Source: an uncultured Rhodopirellula sp. (GTDB lineage: Bacteria; Planctomycetota; Planctomycetia; Pirellulales; Pirellulaceae). From it: a stretch of DNA of 44,230 nucleotides. Below are positions 17,794 to 27,192 of the stretch, piece after piece. The translations under genes were made by a program, and so were the position numbers. The stretch lies in assembly GCA_964007735.1 (NCBI GenBank), contig CAXGAI010000041.1, positions 1 to 44,230 of the forward strand, in the 5' to 3' direction. A model generated the notes under the pieces. That model was not told the DNA's origin, did no database searches, and saw only the letters and a program-made list of their open reading frames with translations. Every line of letters starts with the position of its first letter. Within the stretch, counting starts at the first letter, position 1.

Positions 17794-18111
17794 CTATTTA
17801 GGCGTTCCGGGGAATTGGCTCTTTTTTAATGCCGCTACTGCGGCGGCCTGATCGAATCCGTCCGGATCGATCGTGCAAACCGCCGTACGTGCGTTGACGT
17901 CGGTGCTGACGCCTTTGACACCGTCTACACCTGCTAGTGCCTCACGGACACTTGTAGCACAACCATTTCATGTCATGCCGGGAATGTCGAAGGAGACTTG
18001 ATTGGCATTGGTTGTGACTGCCGTTCCGTTCCCATCGCCAGCACTCTCTTCACCGCTCTGGCAACCAGCCATCACAAATAAACCAAACAGTAATACAAGA
18101 AGTATTCTCAT
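17794..18111 (-). CDS. HMA (CopZ/MerP-like) lipoprotein with in-frame UGA; predicted selenoprotein with UxxC motif (105 aa)
   Basis: RBS GGGAGAG, ATG 18111, lipobox MAGC. Reads VSFDIPGMT-UGA(17970-17968)-NGCATSVREALAGVDGVKGVSTDVNARTAVCTIDPDGFDQAAAVAALKKSQFPGTPK, then TAG. The HMA pattern continues in frame across the UGA. Confidence 0.88.
17932..17959 (-). promoter_or_regulatory. Bacterial SECIS-like hairpin
   Basis: UGCUACAAGUGUCC-GUGA-GGCACUAGCA; the apical loop starts with GU 22 nt after the UGA, with a possible bulged U in the upper stem. Confidence 0.65.
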
Positions 18112-18199
18112 AGTTAACTCTCCCAAACGTTTCAATAGTGCACTCACTCTTATACATATTATCGGATAATCGTTGGTAGAACGATAGGAATTAACTAAT

Positions 18200-19168
18200 T
18201 TAAACAAGCCGAGCTTCGCGGGTATTTAAGCGATTCCTTAACGTATCGAGTAAAACTGCCACGACAATCACGGCACCGGTAATGATTTGTTTATTGGCAT
18301 CTGACACGCCGAGCTGAGCGAGGCCTGTTTGTAAGACAGCAATAATTAGCACACCAATAAAGGAACTGATCACATTACCACGGCCGCCCATCAGGCTTGT
18401 GCCACCAATGACGCAAGCAGCGATCGCGGCGAGCTCGATTCCAACCGCCGCATTGGGGTCAGCTGACGATAGTCTGGAAGTCTGTGCAAGTCCGGCCATA
18501 CCGCACAGAAGACCACTGATCGCAAACACTGCGATGGAGTATGGTGCGGTTCGTATACCGGACATCGAAACCGCCTCTTCGTTTGTGCCGATGGCAACGC
18601 AGTATCTTCCAAAGACAGTCCGTTTCAAAAGAAATTGGGCTGCAAGCACAGACGCAATGGCGAATAGGAAGGCGGGTGAGAGAAGGATCCCTGGTAAGGG
18701 TTCCCCGATCGGTTCAACGGCTGAGCCGATGTACTTTGTCTGTGAGTCGGTAACTAATTTCGTTGCTCCACGAGCCATTTCCAGCATTCCTAAAGTGACG
18801 ATAAAGGAGGGAATGCGAAATCCGATCGAGACGTATCCGCTAACCAGTCCGCAGACCGTACCGGTCAACAAACAAAGGGGAATGGCCGAAATTAACGACC
18901 AGTCGTGATCCACCATAAGCGTGCCCAGGACAGCTGATGACAATGCCAGAACAGACCCTACAGAAAGGTCGATACCGCCGATAATCAGGACGAACGTCAT
19001 TCCGACAGCAATGAAAGTGAGGTCAGGAATTTGATTTGCGATTGAGATAAACGTGGACCGTTGCAAGAAGTTGTCGCTTCCAACGCTGAAGACACTGATT
19101 ATGCCGACAAGCACAAGCAATAACGCGCCGTAGTCGACGGCTAACCGTATCAGTTTGTAACGCGTCAT
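18200..19168 (-). CDS. rbsC: Ribose-type sugar ABC transporter permease
   Basis: GGIDLSVGS, IPSFIVTLG, GTNEEAV and IAACVIGGTSLMGG. ATG 19168 overlaps the ATPase stop (ATGA). Confidence 0.9.
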   Translation of the reverse strand: MTRYKLIRLAVDYGALLLVLVGIISVFSVGSDNFLQRSTFISIANQIPDLTFIAVGMTFVLIIGGIDLSVGSVLALSSAVLGTLMVDHDWSLISAIPLCLLTGTVCGLVSGYVSIGFRIPSFIVTLGMLEMARGATKLVTDSQTKYIGSAVEPIGEPLPGILLSPAFLFAIASVLAAQFLLKRTVFGRYCVAIGTNEEAVSMSGIRTAPYSIAVFAISGLLCGMAGLAQTSRLSSADPNAAVGIELAAIAACVIGGTSLMGGRGNVISSFIGVLIIAVLQTGLAQLGVSDANKQIITGAVIVVAVLLDTLRNRLNTREARLV

Positions 19169-20691
19169 ACCGTGCTCCGATTCAGATACCCTGCGAATGC
19201 GGTTTGCATCATGTCTTCGCGTGACCAATTGTCACGTGTGAATATGTCCACCAGACGCCCGGCGGATATTATGGCGATGCGGTCACAGACCTCCCGTAGT
19301 TCGTCCAGATCACTGCTCACCATGATAATGCCCTTGCCGCGCTTTGAAAGTGTGTCCAGCAGATGATAGATACGTCGGCGGGCTGCTACGTCGATACCTC
19401 GCGTGGGCTCGTCGAATAGAAAGACGTTAGCGTCGTGGACCAGCCATTTCGCGATGGCTACTTTTTGTTGGTTTCCTCCGCTAAGCGTCCGGACGGGTTG
19501 GTCTAAGTGTTCGGACCGGATCCCGAGGGAATCGCACTGTTCGCGGGCCGAGCGTATTTCAGCTGCGTCTCGGATGATGCCGCAGCGAGAGAACCGTTTC
19601 CACAGGGACGTGATAGTCGTGTTTGCGCGAATCGACTGGGATAGCAGCAGGCCATTATCCTTGCGGTCTTCGGTAACCATTGCCAGTCCCGCGGACACCG
19701 CTTCTGAGGGATGCTTGAAACGGCATGGGCTCATATCCTGATTTAAATAGACACACCCCTTGGTTGCCTTATCCGCTCCAAAGATCAATCGTAGCAATTC
19801 GGTTCGTCCCGATCCTACGAGACCGGCGAATCCTAATTTTTCTCCTTCGTATAGATTGAAGGAAACGTCGTGGATAGGTCCACCGGAGATCCCCTCCACC
19901 CGTAATGCGGTCCTGTTCCGAGTGGGGGAAGAGTTTGTTGCCGTCGCTGTGTAAGCCGATCCACCACTCATGAGCTCTACCATGCGATCAGTGGAGCATT
20001 CATGCGTCGGAAAGGTTCCGACGTGGTGGCCATCACGTAGAATCGAAATTTGGTCCGCTAGCCGGGAGATTTCGTCAAGACGGTGACTAATGTAAATAAT
20101 CCCGACGCCTTTAAGTTTGAGCTGCCTTAACCATGAGAACAAGGATTCAGATTCGGCTGGACTGAGTGCGGCCGTGGGTTCATCCAGGATCAATAGTCGA
20201 CAGTCTTGTGCAAGGGCTTTGGTAATCTCCACCATCTGTTGCTGCCCGACGCCGAGTTCAGCTACTTTGGATCTGGTGGATATATTTGTTAACCCGAAGC
20301 GGTTGAGAGCGGTTCGGGCCTGTGCATGCAATCGTTCCCGGCTAATGATACCAATGTTCGCCGGTAGTCTGGTCAGCAATAAATTTTCAGCAACAGATAG
20401 TGTGCTGATTAGGTTTAGTTCCTGCTGGACAATTTCGATGCCCGCCATTTCGGCCTTCCGCTTCGTAGCGGGCGAGTAAGGTTGGCCGCCGAGGTGCATC
20501 CGACCTGCAGTAGGAGAGACCAATCCGGCAATCATTCTGACAAGCGTACTCTTCCCCGCTCCATTGGCTCCCAGCAGTGCATGTATTTCACCACGATGAA
20601 AACTAAGACAACAGTCGTCTACGACGGTTGTTTCACCGTAACTTTTTGTTAGGCCTTCGACTTCAAGTAAGGTTGTGTGCCGAGAGTTCAC
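19165..20691 (-). CDS. rbsA: Ribose-type sugar ABC transporter ATP-binding protein (two NBDs)
   Basis: GANGAGKST, LILDEPT, YISHRL, LSGGNQQK and FDEPTRGID; GTGA overlap with the upstream gene. Confidence 0.92.
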   Translation of the reverse strand: MNSRHTTLLEVEGLTKSYGETTVVDDCCLSFHRGEIHALLGANGAGKSTLVRMIAGLVSPTAGRMHLGGQPYSPATKRKAEMAGIEIVQQELNLISTLSVAENLLLTRLPANIGIISRERLHAQARTALNRFGLTNISTRSKVAELGVGQQQMVEITKALAQDCRLLILDEPTAALSPAESESLFSWLRQLKLKGVGIIYISHRLDEISRLADQISILRDGHHVGTFPTHECSTDRMVELMSGGSAYTATATNSSPTRNRTALRVEGISGGPIHDVSFNLYEGEKLGFAGLVGSGRTELLRLIFGADKATKGCVYLNQDMSPCRFKHPSEAVSAGLAMVTEDRKDNGLLLSQSIRANTTITSLWKRFSRCGIIRDAAEIRSAREQCDSLGIRSEHLDQPVRTLSGGNQQKVAIAKWLVHDANVFLFDEPTRGIDVAARRRIYHLLDTLSKRGKGIIMVSSDLDELREVCDRIAIISAGRLVDIFTRDNWSREDMMQTAFAGYLNRSTV

Positions 20692-21668
20692 CTCTGAAGC
20701 GTCTCCGCTGTAATCAGATCAACAGGTGTTTCGACGTCCTGGGGAATGGAGTCGCTGTCAGCAAGCATTTGTAAGGCCGCTTCAATCCCAAATACGGCGA
20801 GGCTACCGCCATGCTGGTCGGCCGTCGCCAGGATTTTCCCTTCTTTGATGGCTTCCTGAACAGCTGAGATGTTGTCAAAACCGACGATTAGGATGTCGTC
20901 GGTTCGGCCAGCACTTTTTACGGCAGCAATGGCGCCCAATGCCATGCTGTCGTTGGCAGCTAAGATCCCGGTCGCGTCCGGATGTTCGCTGAGCATAGAG
21001 GAAGCTATCGTGTTAGCCTTACTCATTTCCCACTCCGCCGACTGGCTGTCGGCGATGAGAATGCCGGCTTCATCCATGGCGTCCTTAAAACCTTCACGAC
21101 GTTGTTGGCCGTTAAAAGAGGTTCGGATTCCTTCAAGTACAAGGACGGAACTCCCACGGTCGAGCTTGGTCGCGAGGTAGTCCCCTACAGAACGGGCGCC
21201 CGTTTTGTTGTCCGGGCCCACAAAGGGAACAGTGATATTTTCCTGCTTGAGGACTGTGGCGTCCAATCGATTATCGATATTCACAATGACGACGCCCTTC
21301 TGTTGTGCTTTTCGAAGCGCGGGAATCAGTGCTTTTGAGTCGGCGGGGGCGATCACAATTGCGTCAACTCCGCTGGCTACCATTTCGTCGACAAGAGCAA
21401 CTTGACGGCTGATGTCACGTTCGTCTTTAATGCCGTTGACGACTAGTTGATACTGTTCCCGGTTCTTGGCTTGATGAGCCTCGGCACCGGCTGCCATGGT
21501 TGAAAAGAACTCGTTAGCTAACGACTTCATAATTAATGCGACACGTGGCTGGCCACCTGCTGAAGTCCTTGTTTCGTTGGTTGGAATACCGGTAGGTTCC
21601 GGGGCGTCGCCACATCCTATTAGGCACAGCAAGCAAGCTATCAGTGCCAGTCGTTCGTACATCTTCAA
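20688..21668 (-). CDS. rbsB: Ribose-type sugar ABC transporter substrate-binding lipoprotein
   Basis: Lipobox LIGC; MKSLANEFF, IAPADS, ANDSMALG and VGFD; TTG start with GGAG RBS. The exact sugar is not certain. Confidence 0.88.
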   Translation of the reverse strand: MKMYERLALIACLLCLIGCGDAPEPTGIPTNETRTSAGGQPRVALIMKSLANEFFSTMAAGAEAHQAKNREQYQLVVNGIKDERDISRQVALVDEMVASGVDAIVIAPADSKALIPALRKAQQKGVVIVNIDNRLDATVLKQENITVPFVGPDNKTGARSVGDYLATKLDRGSSVLVLEGIRTSFNGQQRREGFKDAMDEAGILIADSQSAEWEMSKANTIASSMLSEHPDATGILAANDSMALGAIAAVKSAGRTDDILIVGFDNISAVQEAIKEGKILATADQHGGSLAVFGIEAALQMLADSDSIPQDVETPVDLITAETLQR

Positions 21669-21805
21669 TTGCTATATAACTCCGTTTGGTAAGTGATTCT
21701 ACTGAAGGTTGTAGGGAATGCCGAAAGCTCCGTTTGAGCACAGTGGCCACGATCCCCGTCAGCCCAGCGGAGGATGGCCGGTATCTGAAGATCGTTGTGG
21801 GAGGA

Positions 21806-21819
21806 CATGTTTAAACATG
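21806..21819. promoter_or_regulatory. Perfect 14-bp palindrome upstream of the sugar ABC operon, candidate operator
   Basis: CATGTTT-AAACATG about 140 bp upstream of the start codon. Confidence 0.35.
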
Positions 21820-21975
21820 GCTTCCCGTTTCGTCATCATACCATGTTCCTGTTTGAAGTGGTTTTACTGGCCCGCTAGCTTCAGTAAGCCGGCGGGCTGC
21901 TAATGGAAAAGCTTTGGAGTGGCGATACCCGTAATAAGGAGCTTTAAACGCAAGAATGGAAGTCGGTAATTTGAG

Positions 21976-22590
21976 TCAAATCTTTCGGATAAGATTTAAC
22001 CCCTCACGGCCCTGATAGGTCAGCAAGCAGGCCCCGTCAGCTGCGCATTGCTGGAAAAGGGATTCAAAGAAGTGATATTCACCTGGCCAGGGGAAAGCAA
22101 AGAACAGATCGAATTCAGAAGGGGCCAAGCCGATTTCCTCGTAGACGTCTCCCTCGTCCGTCACGACGTGCTCGATACCTTGCGATAGTTCGAAGATATC
22201 GGAGATGTTTCGTGGAACGAAACTACCACAATAAAAACGGGCCGGTAATTCGAGGTCACTTGCCAGACGGCAAGCCTCTTCAACCAAAGCAGCCTCGATC
22301 TCAATACCGATCGAGTCCATTCCGTGTGCAGAGGCTAATAAAGCCGCTACTCCCAGACCACTGCCAAACTCGCAAAAACGGTTTCCTGCGAGCAAATAGT
22401 TGTCCATGATCCAGGCCAGGCCCTGGTTCACTAAATCAAAATCACAGGGGACATAGTTATGTATTACTGGCTGGGAAAGTTTGAGGAAAGCATCGCTTCG
22501 TTCCTTCGCTAACTCAATCAACCGTAAAGCAGTGGAAGGATGGTCGCTAGTAGAGAATTGTTCCGGAACTTGGATTGGCTGTAGGGGCAT
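21976..22590 (-). CDS. Class I SAM-dependent methyltransferase-like protein
   Basis: FCEFGSGLG (motif I), GIEIE and FFAFPWP. ATG 22590 preferred over TTG 22611. Confidence 0.8.
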   Translation of the reverse strand: MPLQPIQVPEQFSTSDHPSTALRLIELAKERSDAFLKLSQPVIHNYVPCDFDLVNQGLAWIMDNYLLAGNRFCEFGSGLGVAALLASAHGMDSIGIEIEAALVEEACRLASDLELPARFYCGSFVPRNISDIFELSQGIEHVVTDEGDVYEEIGLAPSEFDLFFAFPWPGEYHFFESLFQQCAADGACLLTYQGREGLNLIRKI

Positions 22591-22723
22591 ATAAACGAGG
22601 TTACTGTACAAACGGTATTTGGACTAGCTTGCGGCACACATCTCATTTTAGACGTTCAGGTGGAGAGCTGTTTTCCGACGCTTTATTTGGCGAGTATTTA
22701 TCCTGTCGACCGGACAAGATTCT

Positions 22724-22990
22724 TCACAGTTGCATGTTGCAGTTAGGGCAAATCTGATAATTAACCGACATATTACAGTCGCATTCGGGACAGTGCTTGC
22801 GATTTGAGGAAATCCAAGTGTTTAGTGGTTTGCAGAGTCGCCTGCTTACGGGATACATGACCACTGCGACAACGATGACGACAGTCAGCAGCGCCAATCG
22901 TTCGAGTGGAGTTTCTCCGTCCATAAAAGCCCGGAAGATCATAAACCCGAATGGGAGAGCGTATAGTATCGCAAGGTGTTTATCTTTCAT
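22724..22990 (-). CDS. Small membrane protein with C-terminal zinc ribbon
   Basis: Two hydrophobic helices, then CPEC-x10-CPNC; AAGGAA RBS. Confidence 0.7.
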   Translation of the reverse strand: MKDKHLAILYALPFGFMIFRAFMDGETPLERLALLTVVIVVAVVMYPVSRRLCKPLNTWISSNRKHCPECDCNMSVNYQICPNCNMQL

Positions 22991-23086
22991 GTGCCGTTCC
23001 TTGTCATCATTCCCTCAGCTAAGAAAATCATATACACGGCTTGGTTTGACGACAAATCGATTAATCAAAGTTGCGGTCTTTTCGGA

Positions 23087-24382
23087 TTAACCTTTAGTAA
23101 GCTCGGATTCAGTCAGCTTAACGTCCCACATCTGACGTCCGTTCATCTGCACCCAATGGGCATGGAGCGATGCTTCGGAGCCGGTTGTGTCAACGTCGAG
23201 TCGTAGCCAAACATTCGGTATTGCGGCACCCTTAATTAGATCGGGATGTGGAATGTTCAGTGTTGGTATGACACGTGCATGAATCGGCGAGACAATAAAT
23301 TGCCGGATGGCATAGCCAACGGATTCCTCTGTTTTGTATTGCAACCAGCGCGAACAGTGAATGTCACCACCGATGAGCACCACACCACTGATCTCTTCTT
23401 TGCCAATAAATTGGAACAATGCCTCACGTTCGTGCGAATAGGTGGACCAGTCGTCAGATTCCGTATTGCGTTTATTGTCCCAGATCATGCCGCAGGCGAT
23501 GACCTTAAACGGCGCTGTGGATTGTCGTAATCCGTCCAATAGCCATTGCCATTGTCTCTTGCCGAGCAGGCTAGGTTTGTCGGGATCGACGGGGGACGGC
23601 TCTGTTCGGGCAAACCAACGTGTGTCCAATAAAAATACCTCGAGGCCCGCTCGACGGAATTTTGTATAGACACCTTCTTTCTCCTCCCCGTAGGAATCAA
23701 GTGCACGGTACTCAGTAAAGGCCTTTCTGGAGTTTTCTTTTCCGGTAAGATTGCCATCCGAATCATTTCTCCCAAAATCGTGGTCGTCCCAGGTACCCCA
23801 AACCGGATGACAACGCCCAAATTGTGATAATTCGGGGATGCTCAAAAACTCTCGGTGCTTCGCTCTTTGGGTAGCCAGATCGGTGGAGTCAATGTAAGGT
23901 GTATCCCCCAGTAAGACGAGCCCATCGACGTCGTGCTCTTCCATCTGGCTCCATAAGGCCAAGGGCCGGCTTTCTGCACAGGAGCCAAATGCCAGTGAGA
24001 TTTCGGCTTTTGCTTGATCCGGAGGCGCTGTGGTCAGGGATTGTGGGCCCTTGCCGGGAAGGACGTTGCCCGACTCGAGGATTTCATAATGGTAGGTGGT
24101 AGCAGCTTTCAGGTCGGTGACTCGCCAGATGACGCAAAGGTCATTCTTCGGATCTGATTTGGCATGAATTAACCTTGTTTCTTTTTGTCCGGACTCCCGA
24201 ATTCTCAAGTCATACGTCCCCGCGTGACTTGGGCGATACCAAATGTTTGCCGTGGAAACCGAAATATGCCCCACGATGGGCCCCACCGCTACAGGCTCAC
24301 TGTCTGTTTCTGCGTTTACGGTGGAAGCGGTGATGCCACTAACGACGGTTGCTCCGAAAGAGCGTCGGGTAAGATTATTCAT
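23087..24382 (-). CDS. phoD: Alkaline phosphatase D family protein, Tat-exported
   Basis: Tat motif LTRRSF; AFGSC, LLGDTPY, WDDHDF, LLDTR and GGDIH. Confidence 0.9.
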   Translation of the reverse strand: MNNLTRRSFGATVVSGITASTVNAETDSEPVAVGPIVGHISVSTANIWYRPSHAGTYDLRIRESGQKETRLIHAKSDPKNDLCVIWRVTDLKAATTYHYEILESGNVLPGKGPQSLTTAPPDQAKAEISLAFGSCAESRPLALWSQMEEHDVDGLVLLGDTPYIDSTDLATQRAKHREFLSIPELSQFGRCHPVWGTWDDHDFGRNDSDGNLTGKENSRKAFTEYRALDSYGEEKEGVYTKFRRAGLEVFLLDTRWFARTEPSPVDPDKPSLLGKRQWQWLLDGLRQSTAPFKVIACGMIWDNKRNTESDDWSTYSHEREALFQFIGKEEISGVVLIGGDIHCSRWLQYKTEESVGYAIRQFIVSPIHARVIPTLNIPHPDLIKGAAIPNVWLRLDVDTTGSEASLHAHWVQMNGRQMWDVKLTESELTKG

Positions 24383-24639
24383 AGTGTTTTATTCTTTCCG
24401 GCGAATGAAAGGGCGGCACCGCCTGTAGTTCACGCAGTTTTTGGTGGACGAGGGCGCGCCAGACCAATAAGGCCTCTTTTTAGCATGCGGCGTGATGAAG
24501 AGCAAAGAGTGATTGGGCCCCCACCGGTAATAGTAAGTTTATGTTTTCTTCGATCTCAGGGGTTTGGATTTTGTCCTGAGCGTGTGGACATGCTAAAAAC
24601 GGGGGTTGTCTGTTCCCGAATCTTTAAGAGGTTAGCCAC

Positions 24640-27060
24640 ATGAAGTACTTTATGATTGCTGCCGTGTGTTTTATTTCCGCGTGTTTTTCTAACCAAATAA
24701 CGCTGGGTAAGCCCGTAAACGGACATCAACGCCTTATTTATGGCGACGCCAAGTCGGTAGGTGTTCATGAAGATTCACTTATCGATGCTGTTTCGATTAT
24801 TCGTGATGCTGTTGACGCGGATGAAATGCCGGGAGCAGTGATACTGGTTGCTCGTCGTGGGAAGATTATTCTGCATCAGGCATTTGGTTACAGCGACATC
24901 GAACGTCAGAAGCCTCTGCAGACGGACACGCTTTTCCGAATGGCGTCTAATAGTAAGGCGGTAACAGCCGCCGGCATTTTAATTCTTGCCGATGAAGGAG
25001 TGGTTGATCTGGATGCACCGATAGGAACCTACCTGCCCGCCTTCGCCAACCCACAGTGGAAACCAGTCACGGTGAGGCATTTATTAACGCATACCAGCGG
25101 TTCACCCATTGATCGATTGTTTCTCACCCCCCTTTTACCGACCAACAAAGCGAAATATCCTAACCGTTTAATTGCTGAAGTGAATCGATTTTCGGAGAGC
25201 CCTTTGGTGGAGCCGCCCGGAAACAAGTATTCCTATAATAATGCGGGCTATAACATACTAGCAGGCTTGATTGAAAATCTAACCGGGTCTTACAAGGAGC
25301 ACCTTCGCACTCGGATTTATTTGCCGCTTGGTATGTCAGACTCTTGTAATCATGAGTCCGATGCTGACAACAATCGGATGTCGACAGTCTTTGTGCGTCA
25401 GGAAAACGGGACGTGGAAAGCAGGCTGGAAGCCTCATGATGGACCGGACTGGCCCTTCCCACGAGGTTCCGGAGGCATGATAAGTTCGGCCGGGGACTAC
25501 GCAAAGTTCTATCAAATGCTGTTGAATGGCGGTATTTATAACGGAAACCGTATCCTATCTAAAATTGCAGTTGATGAGATGACCACGCCGCAGTCCGAGC
25601 GCATACCTGCGGCGAAGAATTATGGTCTTGGCTTGAAAGTGTCGGAGAAGAATGGGCTGTTTTCGCATACCGGTTCCGACGGCACTTTCGTTTTTGGTGA
25701 CCCAGCTAACCAACTGATTGGCATGTTGCTCACACAGACCAACAGGACGACGCGACCAAGAGAAAACTTTCGTGTGCTGGTGCAGCGAGCCTGTAAGCAG
25801 AGCATTACGTCGGAGTTTGAAAAACCAAAAAAAGAAGAGGCTAGGTACGACGGATTTTACAAAGACATCTTCATGGATAGTGGCAAGTACTTAACCAGTC
25901 GAAAAATATTGCATGCGGCAGAGTCGCTTTCTCTCTCCTACGAATATTATGCTGGCGCTGATCAGCGAAAGCAAAACGAGTTGATGGTCAAGTCCGTTTA
26001 CGACGCTAATGGAGTTCTTTTGTTTCCGGATGGCCAGCCGCGATTTAAAATGCTTTATGTTAATGGCGGCGGTGCAACACGTCATGGGGAAACACTGACC
26101 ACGGAAGGATTAGACCGAATCCGAGAATTTTATTCGGGTGGCGGTAGCTACTGCGGTTCCTGTGCCGGGTCATTTTTTAGCGGTCGTAACGTTGACACGC
26201 AGGCTCAGCCTCGGCCAAGCTATTTAAATATCTTTCCGTATAACACCTTTAATACGGGCATGAAGAATGTTCGGGTAGGGCACGTTTTGCCTAAGAACTC
26301 TCCGTTATTAAACTACCGACAGTTCGGGGCGGATAATCGTGTCGATGATGTTTATCATAATAACGGTAATTGGTTGCCGCGGGAGGCGGTTACCGGATCA
26401 ATGGAAGATGTTGAGATTCTCGCGCTCTATGATCATCCCGGACATAAGGTGGACGGTGGAGCCGCGATTTGGGCGTATAAAAAATCCCCGGAACTAGGGC
26501 GTGTTGTCAATATTGGCTGCCATCCCGAAGGAAGCTCGAGCGGTGACAAATTGCGGCTCACTGAGTCCTCGTTCCTGTATGCAATGGCTGGGGTTGGTCA
26601 GCCTCAGATCAAAGCCCATCTCAAATTAAACGAACAACGGGTAATGGATAAGTTCTCCGCGGACGGCCAGCCGGCCTTGACGCGCATCGGCGGCAGCCAA
26701 TATCACCATTTCACTTTTCAGGTGCCTCCAGATCAAGGACGCCAACATGATCGTATATCAATCGAAATAAAGGGTGGGCAATCCTCGGATCTCCACCTCT
26801 ATTTATCCAGAGAATCACTCGCATTTCGCGCTAATGCGTTGCATAGGGTTACCGGTGATCAGGGAAACAAGAAGATTGTCCGCAGGTTGTCACCGGGACT
26901 TTGGTATGTCAGCGTCTTTTGTGCAAAGAGGGTGCGAACGATTGAAGATTCGCTCGCGGGTTTTTATCGCACGATAGGTAATCGGGGACTGCTCCAAGGT
27001 CTTCCCTATAGCATCGAAATAAAAAGGAACGCCGTTGGGGATTTGAAGGTGTCAGAATGA
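24640..27060 (+). CDS. Secreted serine hydrolase (beta-lactamase class C-like) fused to a BPL_N/GATase-like domain and a PPC-like C-terminal domain
   Basis: FRMASNSK (SxxK), LLTHTSG, YSYNN and HTG; then YVNGG, GSCAG and GCHPE; C-terminal DLHLYLS...PGLWYVSV. Confidence 0.82.
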   Translation: MKYFMIAAVCFISACFSNQITLGKPVNGHQRLIYGDAKSVGVHEDSLIDAVSIIRDAVDADEMPGAVILVARRGKIILHQAFGYSDIERQKPLQTDTLFRMASNSKAVTAAGILILADEGVVDLDAPIGTYLPAFANPQWKPVTVRHLLTHTSGSPIDRLFLTPLLPTNKAKYPNRLIAEVNRFSESPLVEPPGNKYSYNNAGYNILAGLIENLTGSYKEHLRTRIYLPLGMSDSCNHESDADNNRMSTVFVRQENGTWKAGWKPHDGPDWPFPRGSGGMISSAGDYAKFYQMLLNGGIYNGNRILSKIAVDEMTTPQSERIPAAKNYGLGLKVSEKNGLFSHTGSDGTFVFGDPANQLIGMLLTQTNRTTRPRENFRVLVQRACKQSITSEFEKPKKEEARYDGFYKDIFMDSGKYLTSRKILHAAESLSLSYEYYAGADQRKQNELMVKSVYDANGVLLFPDGQPRFKMLYVNGGGATRHGETLTTEGLDRIREFYSGGGSYCGSCAGSFFSGRNVDTQAQPRPSYLNIFPYNTFNTGMKNVRVGHVLPKNSPLLNYRQFGADNRVDDVYHNNGNWLPREAVTGSMEDVEILALYDHPGHKVDGGAAIWAYKKSPELGRVVNIGCHPEGSSSGDKLRLTESSFLYAMAGVGQPQIKAHLKLNEQRVMDKFSADGQPALTRIGGSQYHHFTFQVPPDQGRQHDRISIEIKGGQSSDLHLYLSRESLAFRANALHRVTGDQGNKKIVRRLSPGLWYVSVFCAKRVRTIEDSLAGFYRTIGNRGLLQGLPYSIEIKRNAVGDLKVSE

Positions 27061-27192
27061 CTCGCAGAGATACCCGAAGGTGATTGCCCAGAGGCTCATT
27101 GTGACTTAGCGAGATGTGTGAGGGGGGCCAGAGGGTCGACTAGCTTTACAAGGGTGATTTACAAACCTGAGCCCCTAAGTTTGGTTCTTTAA

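Noticed and set aside
17968..17970. Genome-wide UGA reassignment (Trp or Gly code) as the explanation for the in-frame UGA
   Set aside because: Other genes end normally at TGA (e.g. 7347-7349, 16780-16782, ATGA overlaps), long ORFs have no internal TGA, and this codon aligns with Cys.
17968..18207. ORF-track 79-aa protein ending at GMT*
   Set aside because: Both ends look wrong: the RBS and signal peptide support ATG 18111, and the HMA domain continues past the UGA to TAG at 17794.
21870..21897. GC-rich hairpin as terminator of the methyltransferase gene
   Set aside because: No U-tract on the minus strand and the stem has a mismatch; function unsupported.
24640..25800. Antibiotic-resistance beta-lactamase call
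   Set aside because: SxxK serine hydrolases of this type are mostly esterases or peptidases; the fusion and lack of mobile context give no support.
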